In this document: positions 24,016 through 37,129 of the stretch, piece after piece | Numbering within the stretch: position 1 is the stretch's first letter | Layout: each line of letters starts with the position of its first letter | Source: Azolla caroliniana | Lineage: Eukaryota > Plantae > Polypodiophyta | DNA length: 64,000 nucleotides | Assembly: GCA_043228905.1 (NCBI GenBank) | Contig: JBHGNT010000012.1 | Location: 12,524,001 to 12,588,000 of the forward strand | Direction of reading: 5' to 3' | Notes under the pieces: model-generated | The model's input: the letters and a program-made list of their open reading frames with translations, nothing else | Databases searched by the model: none | Told to the model about the DNA's origin: nothing | Program-made: the position numbers and the translations under genes

Positions 24016-25499
24016 CAACAACTACATTTGTAAATAGCCCATACTATGTATGAGCATAAATACACCTATGGCAAACTTATTGTTGTGAATAGTAATGTGT
24101 GTATTGTGCCTCTGTTGTTGAGTGCAGAAGTGAGCGTAATAGAGAACAGGAAGAGACGCAAGAGTGCGCAAGTGAATGAGAGGCATAGTTGAGTGGAACT
24201 AGCCAAAACCCTAAGTGGGTATTCTTTGATTTACATAGATCTATAATATGTTTTGCCTTCCTGTTCATAGTGAAGATCTATTGTTCATGGTTTTCCCCTG
24301 TTTTAGGGCTTCCGCGTAAAAAGTGTGTACTGTGTATTTTGTTGTTTCTAGATTGTGCAATTTTTCAGTCCATCAATCTCATAGATCTACGGTTCGGATC
24401 CCACGAACTGCCATTAGAGCGAGAGGTGCAAGAATGGAAGGAGGTGTGCGTGGCTTTCCAGGTATGATAGTCTTGAAATCACATAACTACTCTGATTGGA
24501 AGATCAAGATGGAAGATCTTTCGATAGTCAAAGATCTGTACCAACCCATAGATAGAAGTGAAATACCCATGGGGGTATTGGAGTTTGAATGGAAACTCTT
24601 AAACAGGAAGATGGTGGCCACCATCAGAAAGTGTGTAGATGTGAGTGTCATACAACGCATGGCTAACGACACAAACGCATATGAAATGTGGCACAAATTG
24701 TCAGGGTTGTATGAGAGGAAGAATGCCCTCATCTAAACCTCTCTGATGAGAAAGATCGTGAGACTAAAGTACAGAGATGGAGAAAGCATCATGGTACACA
24801 TTAACACCTTCATGGGGTTCGTGAATCAGCTTGCGGCAACAAATTTCCTATTAGATGATGCTATGCAGGCCTTGTTAATGCTATGTACCCTGCCAGATAG
24901 CTGGGAGAACTTGGTGGTGTCTCTTAGTACCTCGTGTCAAGAAGGAAACATGTCTCTACAAGTGGTAAAGACAAGTATCTTGAACGAGGAGACAAGAAGG
25001 AAGGACAAGAGTGTCCAGTCTCAGACGGAGGCAAATGTTGCACAACATTTGGATAGAGGAAGAACCAAGCAGAGGAGCCAATAGAACAGAGAAAAGTCTC
25101 ATGCTAGGTTCAAGTCCAGAGGAAATCTCACATGTTTCTACTGTGGAAAACCTAGGCACTTCCAAAAGACTATCGACACCTTAAAAGGGAAAAAGGTCCT
25201 TCGACTGATGTTGAAGCTAGAAAGAAAGACTTCTGAAGAGAAGGACACTTCAGTCGTGACTACACGCGAAGAAGAGATTTTATTCATTTGCGAGCAAGAA
25301 AGTGCAAATATTGCAAATGAAGGGTGTGCTTGGGTGATAGAATCCGATGTATCGTTCCATATAACTCCCTCATGAGAGTGCTTCTCGTCTTACAGAGTTG
25401 GTGACTATGGCTATGTAAAAGTGGGAGACAATGGAGAATGCAAGATAGCCAGCATCGGAAGTGTATGCTTGACAACGTTGCCGGTTGTTGGTTGACCCT
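23734..25499 (+). mobile_element. Old truncated Tnt1/Tork-like Copia: 5' LTR (~23734-24404), degenerate Met PBS, gag-protease
   Basis: Gag from 24434 (MEGG...NYSDWKIKMEDL...MRKIVRLKYRDGES...TCFYCGKPRHF...WVIESDVSFH) is clearly homologous to the young Copia at 57740-63249. LTR ends resemble that element. PBS remnant TGCCATTAGAGC. Confidence 0.8.
23960..24023. repeat. (AAT)n(AAC)n microsatellite
   Basis: About 17 AAT units. The duplicate at ~52192 is 24 bp (8 units) shorter. Confidence 0.9.
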
Positions 25500-26316
25500 T
25501 GTTATCAACTTAGGATAACACTCTATCGGATCTCTAGTCCTTTGGCGATTCGACTCAAGGTCTTCTGGTCGGGGATAACGCGTGGTTCGATATGCCTGGA
25601 ATGAGTTCGATGATTTCGAACTACAAACTTAAATAGCGATCGAATCTGAAACTGTGCGATTATGGAGATGACAAGATGGCTACAACTGACTGTATACACA
25701 TGTTACGCGGACGTGAACTCAACACAAATGAAGGACAACACAATGCTCACAGTATTGGAGACAAACAAAATTCTACTAAGCAAAAACAATACACAATCCT
25801 TCGATCCTCTCTTACAAGCTTTCCATGGCCCTTTATATAGGCTCATGGACAGTTATGTCTACGTGTGAACCGTTATGTCTATTTGTAAAGAATCGGGTAT
25901 GATTCTTGTGAAGTAGAAAAGATGTGTGTTATATGTATGTGTGAGAGCAAAGAGATGAGAGAAGAGAAACACAAGATAGATTAGTTAGAATGGAAAATAG
26001 AATACTCAAGAAGAAGGTGTATGTAAAATAGAAAATACAAATTGTAGCATTACAAGGCGTCACAACCGACTTAATATGAAGTATGAGGAGGGTGATTTAT
26101 ATATAGTCACCCTCTCTCTTCATTAACTAACTACAACAACCACTCTCTCTTTGGGAATGCGAAGACTCATAGTCATGGGGAATATGTAACTCATTAGCTA
26201 TGTGTCATAGAATATGATTCTATGACACATAGTTAATGTGTAGAGAGTAGTGGTGTGACTCTTGACTAGATTCTCAAAAGGTGTGTTCACATGTTGCACT
26301 ATGTTGCACTAGTAAC
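25500..26316. mobile_element. LTR-like non-coding fragments (possibly two nested LTRs; 25907-26291 is TGTGAA...TTCACA)
   Basis: Begins TGTT exactly where the Copia frame breaks. Two TATA-like motifs. No matching TSD found. Confidence 0.4.
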
Positions 26317-26850
26317 TCAACTTGGGTAGGTTCCTTTCGGTTGATGTCCGCTTCGGCTGGTGTCCGGTTCGGATGGTATCCGGTTCTCGCTTGTACTCCC
26401 CCTCACGCTTGGCAAGTCAGGGATCGTCAATCCAAGGTCTGACATGAATTGCCGAAGCTTGTTGGCTTCAAGGGCCTTGTTGAAGATGTCAACTGTTTGA
26501 AGATTCGTGTTGATGTGCAGAAGATCGACAACTCCGGCCTGAAGACGCCGTCGAATGAAGTGGTAGTGCACTTCGATACGCTTTATGCGTGTGTGGAACA
26601 CCGGGTTCTGAGCCAGATATATACTGCTCATGTTGTTGCAGTAAGTGGGAGTTGGGTCTTGGATAGGAACCCCTAGATCCTTCAAAATCCTCTTGAGCCA
26701 TACGGCTTCACATGTAGCTACGACTGCGCCCCTGTATTCAGCCTCCATACTCGAAAGTGCGACGGTAGGCTGCTTCTTACTGCTTCAAGATATTGCTCCG
26801 CTATCGAGCGAGAAGACAAATCTGGAGGTCGATCGTCAATCGTCGACTTT
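26317..26850 (-). pseudogene. Ty1/Copia RNase H C-terminal fragment
   Basis: SKKQPTVALSSMEAEY, YCNNMSSI, NPVFHTRIKRIEVHYHFIR, QTVDIFNKAL, LRG-like end GAGGGGGAG. Confidence 0.88.
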
Positions 26851-29800
26851 CTACAATACGCAGATGCGTCCTTCTGCGTTGTTGGCCACCATAAGCCCGC
26901 CTGCAGTACTTTCCGGGTTGTAACGTCGCCCGCGTAATGGACGCTTGCCGTGCCGCAATGTGCCTCCCGTAAAACTGCTTCCTCTCATCCTGCTGTACCC
27001 CACGTCGCCAAATGCCGTCACTTCCTTTGTGATATAAAACGCCTTCGACGAGGCAGAAGCGACGGCTTCAAACGGCTAGCCGTTTCTTCTCGTCCGTGCG
27101 TAATTGTGGTGGAGGCAGTCCCGTAGTCAAAAAGTACGTCATTTCCATAAGCCACCGGTCCGGAAAGGTCGATTCCGTTCTTTCTGCTAGTGTCGCTACC
27201 CGCAGGATATCGGCGTTCGGAAAATCGTCGTCATCTTTTTGTACTGTTTCTCCATTATCCAGTCTGCTAAAAGAATCCGCCACTGCGTGTTGCGTCCCTA
27301 GTCGGTGTTGGATTACGAGATCGAATTCCTGGAGCAGCAGCATCCACCGCGCCAATTTCCCTGTTAGGGCTTGTTTCTCCACCAAATATAGTAGCGCTGA
27401 ATGATCCACGTGGAACGTGAATTTCCTTCCTAATAAAAAGTGTCGGAATTTATTGATGCTATAGATCATCCCTAGCGCCTCCCGCTCCGTTGTGGAGTAG
27501 TTACGCTCTGAGTGCACTTCCTATTGCTATGTCCGAGGCGTCGACGAACACGTGGAATGGCTTCGCCCAAACTGGTGGTTGTACGACGGGAGCCTATGTG
27601 ACCATTATCTGAAGTGCCTCGTAGGCCTTATCCTCCGTTGCAGTTCATTGGAAAGGAGTTCGATGTACGGCAGCGTGTAACGGCGTGGCGAAGTCCGCCA
27701 AATACCATATCATTCGACTATGCCACTGTATTTGTCCTAAAAACCGGCTGAGTGATTTGGCGTTTGTCGGAGTTTTGGCTTGCGTAATCGCAGAGATTTT
27801 GTTCAGGTCAACCGCTATTCCCTCCTTGCTGACTATATGGCCCAGGAGAGTCCCGCTGGTCACACCGAAAGCACATTTCACGGAATTCAGGCTTAAGCGT
27901 GCGGTGCGGCAACGTTCCAGGCACAGTTGTAAGTGTGAAAAATGGTCTAATTTTCTCCCATATACCGCAAAGTCGTCTAAAAAAACTTGCATGAACGCCG
28001 GAATGTATTCCCCAAAGATCTCCATAATTGTCCGTTGAAATGTTGCCGACGCCGTCTTTAGCCCGAACATCATGACGACTGCCACATATACTCCCTAGTC
28101 CGTGACAAATGCCGTCTTTTCTTGGTCCTCGGGATGCATGTGTACCTGGTTATAGCCACTGAAGCCATCTAAAAAACTGTACATCTCATGGCCTGCGATG
28201 ACGTTTAGTACGCTATCGGTGAAGGGTAAGGGAAATGCGTCCGTAATGGTGACGACGTTTAATTTTTGGTAATCTATGCATACCCGTATTTTGCCGTTTT
28301 TCTTTGGAACGGCCACTATCGGGCTTAACCATGTCGCTTGTTTAACTGGTCGTATGAACCCCACCTTCAGGAGCTTGTCAATTTCTTCTTTCACGCGGGT
28401 CGTGTAGTTCGGGTTCATGCGGTAGCGGCGCTGTTGGATGGGTTTCGCGTCGGTTGCTAAATTGATCTTATGCTGATAGAACTTGGGATCTAACCCCTTC
28501 ATGTCCTCGTGAGCCCAAGCGAACACATCCTTATATTCCGTGAGTAGTGCGACCCATCGTGTTTCTCTGGTCCAGCCTTAATTCATTTGCGATGGAGAGG
28601 AAACGAGGCTCCGATTCCATACCCATATTTACTTCTTTGAGGGTGGACGCGGTGGCTCGTCGTGAAATCTCCATTTCCCTTTCGAATGCCGCACGTGCTC
28701 TGCTGAGTTCCAATATGGACTCTGGGTTTGGTTCGTAAGGCTCGTCGTGGAGAACAATGGTCGTGCCATATTCTGTCGCGGTTGCGATGACGTCTATTTC
28801 AAACAGCGGAATAATCCGAGGGTGCTCATCGAGGTATGCCTCTAATTCTACATCCTCCATCCCGGCCAACATATTTATATCTTTTGCGTATAATGGTGTT
28901 CTACCCTTCGGTTGTGGCGTGCTTCCTTCCGTAGGTACGTGAACCTTGGCACGTCCGTGTCGGAAACTGATACACTTTTGTTGCCAGCTCTGCTTGAAAT
29001 TTGCTGCCCGAAGCCATGGTCTGCCCAGAAGCACTGGGTACGCCCCTGGGGCGTCCAAGGCAAGGACGACCGCCGAGATGTCGAATCAGTGTCTGCCCAC
29101 GATAATGCCTATTTTGCGAATTAACCCTAATGGTCGTACTGAGCGAGTATTTGCCATTCGGAGCCAGAATGGGCAAGCCTCCCATTCTGAAATGCCTAAC
29201 TGCTCACAAGTTTTCGCGCTAATTACATTGACGCCTGAGACACCATCGATTACGCATCCAGGAATTTCCTGTCCGTGTAATATTAATGTAATAGCCAGGT
29301 TGTGGTGATCCACTACCGGCGGTCCATTGCTAACGTCTGTAAGGTTTGTCGCGATACTCACCCCAGGTATGCCTGTCACCCGTTCTTCCATGGTCTGGCG
29401 GAAGCGTGGGACTAGCTGCAGTAGTTTCTCGATGGTTAACGTTACCTCACAGCCCGCTAACGCCTGCCAAATGGGGTCTGGGACCGGTCTTTCGTCCTCT
29501 GCTCGCTCCATTGTGTTCACACACTCCTTCCACAGGCGTTCCGTATTTGTCGCGTTTGCTTTTTCCACCCACGCTTGGGCTTGTCGGCGTACCTCATCTT
29601 GCGCAACCCAATCAGTCGTTTTTGTTTGCTGGCGTGTCGTGACTTGCTGCACTTCCGTCGTAATCGTATTGATAGCGGGCCCCTTTCCCTTGCGTGCTGG
29701 GCATTGCGTGGCATAATGTCCGGGTTGCTGACAAATAAAACAATGGATGCTTGATTCACCCTTCTCGGCTCCTGGTGGTGTGTGCCGCTCCCCTGGTGCT

Positions 29801-31400
29801 ACTTGCTCCTCACGGTCCGACCTCGTTTGTCGGAATGTACGCGGTGGCTACTATTGGTCCCGTCGTTGTTCTTGGTGCCGCTCATTCCCCGACCTTTCGT
29901 CGTAAGGCCAATGATCTCGATATTGTCGTGGCTTACCACGATAACCATTGAAGCCGCCCCGTTTGTTTGTCGGCTGGTGATTCTCGTAGCGCCGACCCCC
30001 TTCGGCGTAACTCGGATGTCCACGATAATCCTCTTCCTCTAGTTCGTCCTCTTCGGAATCGTTGTGATTTCGGCGATTCCGGTGGTGCCGGTCCTCCCGT
30101 GGGTTGCGATCCTTATACCGTGGTCGGTCTTCTTGCCTCCTTTGTTCAGTCCGGTGTGGTTGACGCTGTATGTCCATGCTGCGGACTGCGGGAGTGGCTC
30201 TGTTTAACATATTGTATTCGCATTGGTCGACTGTGTGAGCCTTCGAGTGGCAGATTGGGCAGTGGATTCGCATATTGCACTCCACTGCGGAATGCCCCGA
30301 GGTCAAGCAAATCGTGCACTGGATTGCTTGACGAAACTGGCGTTCCTCATCCTGAGGTAATGCTTGTCATAAGGAGGACATAGAAAACCTTTCCTCCTCG
30401 TCATCCAACTCGAGTTGTAACGCTCATTCAATTACCATATCCGTCATTTCACCTTTCACGCTATTGTTGTTGAGCGTTGCCCGGGTGGGCCGGCGTAAAG
30501 CTGCCAGAACTGTTTCCCGAGCCTCGTCCTCCGCGGGGCTCTGTTCTAGTTTCCGTCGTAAATTTTGGAAACGTAAGCTGAAGTCCGCTATCGTCTCCGT
30601 TGGCAGTTGCTTAATCATATAAAATTGTCCGACGATTTCACGTTGTGGAACCCTCCGATGGAAGAATCGCAAGAAAGCGGACTGCAGCTGATCGAAGGTT
30701 GTTATTGCTGGTAAATCCATCTGTGAATGCCAAAACACCGCTCGCCCATCTAATGTTAAACCGAACTCCGTCATTTTCAACTGGTGTGCAACCGCCTCCG
30801 AAAGGCTCTGCGCCATGTGGTTCGCATTCCAGACATTCAGGAACATGCGAATATGAGTTGCGGCGTCGGTTTCGCCGTTAAAGCGGGGGTAGGCAAAGGC
30901 CATGATGGGGGCTTCGGCGGGTTGGGAAAGACCACCGGGTGGCTATGGTGAGCGTAGTCCCCGCGTCTCGTCGAGGTATTTTGAGAGCAAAGAATCACCT
31001 TTGTACTCACAGGAGGTAGTACTGAGGTTGCTGAGGCGAGGCTTTTGCCGTGCGCGTTCTTTTGCTTGGCGTGTGACGGACCTTGTTATTAGCCGGTCTT
31101 GTCATGTTGGTTCTCTGGGGCTTCTGTGGCTAAACATCCATTCGTTGTTACTCGTCTGTGAGAAGACACAGATCACCAAGCGTGCCAAAAGTGTTGCCGA
31201 TTAGGAACACGGTCCGCGGTCAGTCCTTCGACCTAGACCTCCAAGCGGGTGTGGAACAACGAATAGCCGTCTAAGCGTAATGTGTAGGGGAATATTCCTT
31301 GTAACCTATCAGCGTATAAGGGAGACGACTACAACTGAATCCTTAGCAAGGGTTACAACTGAATCCTCGATCGCTGTACCAGACATCTTGTGCCGGCCGG
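26851..31400 (-). mobile_element. Degenerate non-chromovirus Gypsy C: partial 5' LTR, PBS, gag, PR, RT, RNase H, start of integrase
   Basis: LTR edge at 31192. PBS-like TGGCACGC at 31180-31187 (tRNA-Arg-like, degenerate). Gag YPRFNGETDA with three CCHC knuckles. IDGVSGVNVI; FLDGFSGYNQ; FGLKTASATFQ; FLDDF; ERNYSTTEREALG. Confidence 0.88.
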
Positions 31401-32155
31401 TAGCACTCCTCCTACCGCCAGCGTTCTTCTTCTTCCTCCCGGTTGCTTCGTGGTTCAATTTGCCTGACTGGTGGTTCTTGTCGATTTAACAAGTTATACT
31501 CACACCGTTCCATTGTGTGACTTCTGGAGTGGCAGAGCAAGCATTGGGAACGCATGGTGCATTCCAGCGCCGAATGTCCGGCATTCAGGCATGTCGTACA
31601 TTCAACTACTTGCCATAAACGGAGGTCCTCATCTGTCGGTAGTGCACGCTGAAGTGCGCCCATGGTTAGCCATGAACTTGAGTTTTCCATTTCCCGAACT
31701 CGGTTGATCACTTGTTTCTTCCTCCGGTGGTGTCCGGCTGAGCTGACTGTGGATCCGCTGGGACCGGATGAAACACTGTTGAATGTTCTCTGTTGGTTCC
31801 TGCCGGATACTGTAAAATAAGCCTAGGTACCATTTCCCGTTGGTTCATCTCCTTGTGAAAGAAATGCAAATTTTTTGTCTTTAATGTTTCAAACGTGGGG
31901 ATGGTGTTGGGATCTTGTGTTTGGTGCCATTTGGTGGCCGGTCCCTCCAAGGTCATGCCGAACTCTGCCCTTTTTGAGCGTTCCACTTCGGCTGCATTTA
32001 TGCGTTGGGACACATGGTTTGCCTCCCAGGTTTGTTGAAATGCATGGACGTGGGCTTCCGCGTCGTGAGCATCCCGGTATCTGGGATATTGGAACGACAT
32101 ATCGTCGTTTGGTGTCGGTGGTCTTTCCTCCTCCTCTGTCGGTGTCGGAGGTCTG
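31400..32155 (-). pseudogene. gag fragment of a relative of element C
   Basis: FQYPRYRDAHDAEAHVHAFQQTWEANH; CTTCLNAGHSALEC-CLLCHSRSHTMERCEYN. Confidence 0.8.
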
Positions 32156-32524
32156 TGATGATGATAACAGATGATATATTATAAGAAGAGTAAGTAGAAG
32201 ATGGCTATGAGGCTTAAGACTGGCGTTGAACCAATTTGGTTCAACATAATGCCTAGTGCCTTCTTTTATAGTGTTCTCAGGAGTAATCTTGAATTTTCTA
32301 GAATGTTCTAGAGAAATCTGGAATATACATTAATTTCCTATAATAAAACTTAAATGAAAATAGTATCATGCGTATCACAATAGATGGTATAATGGTCAAG
32401 AGCTCGACCCATATAATATAAGGTCATGGGTTCGAGTCTTGCCATATCATGACACTATCTCCCCCTTAAGACAATGAGTGGAACGAGTCAGCGCTGATTG
32501 CATACTGAGTTTGTCCGGATACTT

Positions 32525-35500
32525 TCAGTGGAACTCATCAAGAGGATCCTGAGAATTGGCGACATGCTCGACGGGTTCCCAAGTACGATCACTCGGACTA
32601 TAGCCGAGCCAATCGACCAAATAATAAAGTTTGGTGCGAACAAGTTTGGAATCGAGGACAACAACAACTTCATACTCCGGGCTGGGTTCCAACTCAAGCG
32701 GGGGCGGCGGAGGTGTAACACGATCGGGAGTAGTGTTTGCTTTATAAGGTTCAAGAAGAGAGCTATGGAAAACCGGATGTATCTGAAGATGTAGAGGGAG
32801 ATCAAGGTGGAACGTGACATCATTAACCTTACTAGTAATATGGAAAGGATCGAGTTGTCGATAATCCAACTTGTCGCATAGTCGAGTAGTCTTGATGTGA
32901 CGACGTAAGAGCCATAATCGATGTCTGATGGCAAAAGAAGAGGGAAGCCGATGACAATCTGCATAAGTCTTCTGTGTGTGTTGAGCATGTTGAAGATGAG
33001 TAGAGAGATCCATCTAGATCTTGCGTAGCCTCTCCAAATGATCCCCGACACGAGGATTGGTAGGTAGCTCCGGGGTGTCGATCACCGACCAACGAGGATG
33101 AGAACCGGTATAAGCGTAAAATGGGGAGACCCGAGTCAAGGAGTGAACAACATTATTATATGCAAACTCCACAAAGTGGAGAATCTCAGCCCAATCGTCC
33201 TATTGAAAACTCAAAAAACACCGGAAATATTGTTCCAGTGTTTGGTTTGTTCGTTCCGCCTACCCATCAGTCTGGGGATGGTAGCCGGAGGAGAGGTTGC
33301 AAGAGACCTTGAGCATCTCGAAGAGATGCTGCCAAAATTTGTAGACGAATTGAGGTCCTCGGTCACCGATGATACTGTCTAGGAGGCCATGATGCCGAAA
33401 TACCTCACGCATGACAAGGGCGGCGGTTTCCTCGTTAGTGATGGCCTTAGTACACGACACAAAATGTGTCGTCTTAGTATATCGATCGACGGCCGTTAAG
33501 ATAGCATCGAACCCCTTCGAGACCGGCAGATCTATGATAAAATCAAGACAAATAGATTGCCACGACTTACTTGGAATTGGTAAGGGTTCCAACAAGCCAT
33601 ATGGATGGTGTCGGGGCATCTTTGCTCAGCAGCAAGCATCACAAGTCCGAACGTGGTCGTCGACAAAACGTCGCATGTGGGGCCACCAAAAAGATCGTTG
33701 AACGAGATCCAACATCTTAGTACTACCGAAATGTCCTGCCGTATGGGTGTTGTGACAATTTTGGACGATTTGAAGGCGACAGGAGCAATCGGGGACATAT
33801 ACAAGCTTTTTAAAGAATAACAACCCATCATGATATTCGAATTGTCAGTAGTCCATACCTAGTTGTTGAGATTGAGAACAAGATGCCCAAGAGGTATCAA
33901 TGTGTGCTAGAATGTCTTGAGCGAAACTGTTTGTCTTCAAGTTCGCACGTATGGCATCGATAATCCGGGAATCCATTGGGGTGTGAAAAATCCGCGTTGT
34001 GTGCAATCGTGTTGGTCCCAAGATTACTTGCTTTTGATTATCAAACGTTAGATCACCAGGACGAGGTGCAAGATATGAATGCCGTGATAGCGCATTTGCT
34101 TTTCCTTGCTGCTTCCCTGGTCGATATGTGATTTTGAAGTCAAAACGCGTGAGGAATTGAGCCCACCGAGCTTTTCGTCGATTTAGCACCCGAGCATTCT
34201 GGAAATAAGCAAGATTTTTGTGATCACTAAAGACGATGACCTGATGTGGAGAGCCCTCTAAGAAATGCCGCCATTGTACAAAGGAATCCACGATGGCTAA
34301 TAACTCCTTGTCATGTATTTCATAGTTGATTTCCACGGCATCGAATTTGCGTGAATGAAAAGCCACAGGATGTAACTCTTCTTTATCTCCTTGTTGAGAA
34401 AGGATGCTACCGAGGGCGAAATTTGATGCGTCAGCCTCCATGATGAATGGTTTGTTTGTATGCAAATGAGCTAGAATAGGAGATGATTTAAAGGCTTTCT
34501 TAAGATTCCGAAAAGCCATGTCCACTTCATTGGACCAAAGAAAGGCTTGTCCCTTCTTCGTAAGTTGTGTCAGAGGTAAAATAATCTTTGAGTAATCCTG
34601 TATAAACTTGTGGTAGAAGTTAGCAAAAACTAGAAAACATTGTACATCTCGTACTGACCGTGGAATTTGCCACTCTAGCACAGTTTGGACTTTAGCTGGA
34701 TCCATGGAGATGCCTTTTGAGGAGATGACGTAGCCTAGAAATTCCACTTGCTTGCAGTCAAAGCTACAATTTTCTAGCTTGGCAAAAAGACCATTCTCAC
34801 AGAGTCGTTTTAGTACTAATAGTACATGAGAATCGTGCTCTTCTTGGGTCCTCAAATAAATGAATAGATCATCCAAATAGATGATCAAACAGATATCCAA
34901 GAGGTCTCTGAATATATCATTTTCCATGTGTTGGAAGACTGCGGGTGCATTGGTTAGACTGAACGGCATAACAATATATTTGAAATGCCCATACCGCGTG
35001 CGAAAGGCGGTCTTCCATTCATATCATGGTCAGATCTGCACGAGGTTATATGCTCCTCGTAGATCGATTTTTGTAAAAAACTTGGCACCATTAAGTCGCT
35101 CTGAAGGACTTGATATAAGAGGAAGTGCATACCTATTCCAGATGGTGACTTTCTTCTTGACAAAGAAGATGGGTGCACCGGCCGGAGATTTCGAATGACG
35201 GATGAACCCGCTTGCCAAGTTCTCCTCTATGTAGGCTCGAAGGACTTCTAACTCGGTGGGTGACAAGTTGTAAATTGGTCCCCATGGTGGCTCGGTTCCT
35301 GGTTGTAAATCGATGGGACAGTCATAGGGAAGGTGATGAGGAAGGGTACCGGCTTTTACCTTGTCAAATACATCGGCATAAGGATGATATTTAATTGGAA
35401 GTTGTACTGAGGAGTCCTTCTTAATAGTGCTGGAAGGATGTACTGATATTGCAAATAGGAACATTGCCTCCTTGTGTCCTTCTTCGCGTAATTGATGGAG

Positions 35501-37056
35501 TGAAATGGTCGAAACTTGGTGAGTAGATTCTTAGGGTGGTCGATATCGGACTTCTCTTGTTCTCCAATCTATGGCTGGATTATGTAATTCAAACCAAGGT
35601 AATCCTAGGACAATGGGATGCCCTCGACTACTAATTATATTAAATGATATTACACACACAAAACTACCTAGGACAACTTGAATGGGTTCTGACTCTTCTA
35701 CAATATTCACGGAAGCAATGGGACGACCATCAATGACTACTACAGATGCGGGACAAGGAAGTTTTCTTAGGGATATCTGAGAAGCTTGGGCAAAATTTCG
35801 ATCCATGGAACAGGAATTAGCTCCAGAATCTAAGAGTGCTAGGACGGGTACTGGGGGAGTACTTTTAGTACTAACAATGACTTGGGCTAGGAACACATTG
35901 CTAACTTGCTTGGAAGGAATGGAACCACTAATGGGCTGTACAGATCTAGGGCTGCTGTCCAACCAAACGGCTCCTATTTTGGCTGGACTCAATCGTTTAA
36001 CTCTTCATCTAATTGACTAAGGATTTCAAATTTGTTTGAGATACTTGGGCTATTAGTACTATGAATACTATCTGACACTCTATTAATACTATCAGACACT
36101 CCGAAGGGAAGAATTGATCGGGTTTAGTACAGGCGATGATTTGATTTACCTGTCTTCTTGGCCTATGGGGACAATTGATGGCGATATGCCTTGGTCCACC
36201 GCAATAAAGGCATAATCGATTGGCACGTCGTCGTTGCTTTTCTTCTTCTGATAACGGGCCGCGTCGACGCATGGTGTCGATCTCCATCGGTGTCGGAATA
36301 TTGGCTTGAGGTATATCGCGTGCAAATGGTTTAGCCGTGACTAAGGCCTATGTGGGTTCCAGCCGAGAGCGTGGTATTTGTAATTGACGCTCCGAACGCC
36401 GTTCGAAAAGGCGGTTGTCGCATCGGACCGCTCGACTGATTGCCTCCGTAAGAGACTTTGGTTCTTCGGGGAAGGTTAAAAGCGAGTAGACGGAAATCCG
36501 CCGCGTAGGCAGAGGCTGGACGATCGCCTTGACGCAATCTTCGGATCTTGTTGATCGCCGTCCTGATGTTGTCGGTATCTCCAAAGCAGGCTTTAAACTC
36601 ACCAATAAAATCTTCAAAGTTATTAAGCAAGGGTGATTGTTTTTCTAGAAGCGGAGCGAACCATGCCAAGGCTGAGCCGCTAAGTAACGTGCCTATTAGG
36701 CTGACTCGAGATGCATCAGTGGGATATCGGGAAGGATGCATCTGGATGACTAAGCGTACCTGATTAAGGAATCCCCGGAATTGCGATCGCGTTCCATCAA
36801 ATTTCACAGGAAGACCAATCTTGGGCTCTTTATGAAATCCTTGGGGACTTGATCCTTGTTGTTGCAACACGGCTTCGAGTTGTTGTACCCGTAATGCTAA
36901 CTCCCCATGTTGTTGCGTTTGTTGTTTCTCGAGAGCAATTTGTTGCAGATCCCCTATCAACCGTTGGTTTTCTTGTTCCAGGGCAACAAACTTTTCTTTT
37001 AGGCACTGTAACTCGGAGAAAACGGATTGATATTCTTGGGCGCTAACAGTAGCCAT
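32525..37056 (-). pseudogene. gag-pol of the Tcn1-like element
   Basis: Gag EPKIGLPVKFDGTRSQFRGFLNQ, PMEID, CLYCGGPRHIAINC; LLDSGANSC; KIDLRGAYN, IIYLDD; EADASNFALG, NYEIHDKELLAI; HTAGH, CDAC, DRGPQF, YHPQTDG; chromodomain EYEV...YYLVDWLGYSPSDRTWEP. Confidence 0.92.
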
Positions 37057-37115
37057 AGTATAGGGAAAAGGGTAGGAGGATGAGGGAGAATGACAAGTAG
37101 GCTGGAGGAAAGGAA

Positions 37116-37129
37116 AAATTGGTTCAAAC
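37116..37129 (-). promoter_or_regulatory. Putative self-priming PBS
   Basis: GTTTGAACCAATTT directly follows the 5' LTR and is complementary to AAATTGGTTCAA, which starts 33 nt downstream of the LTR TATA box. Confidence 0.7.

Noticed and set aside
32380-32454. Functional tRNA gene
   Set aside because: A and B boxes are present, but the acceptor and anticodon stems do not pair. It is part of an LTR.
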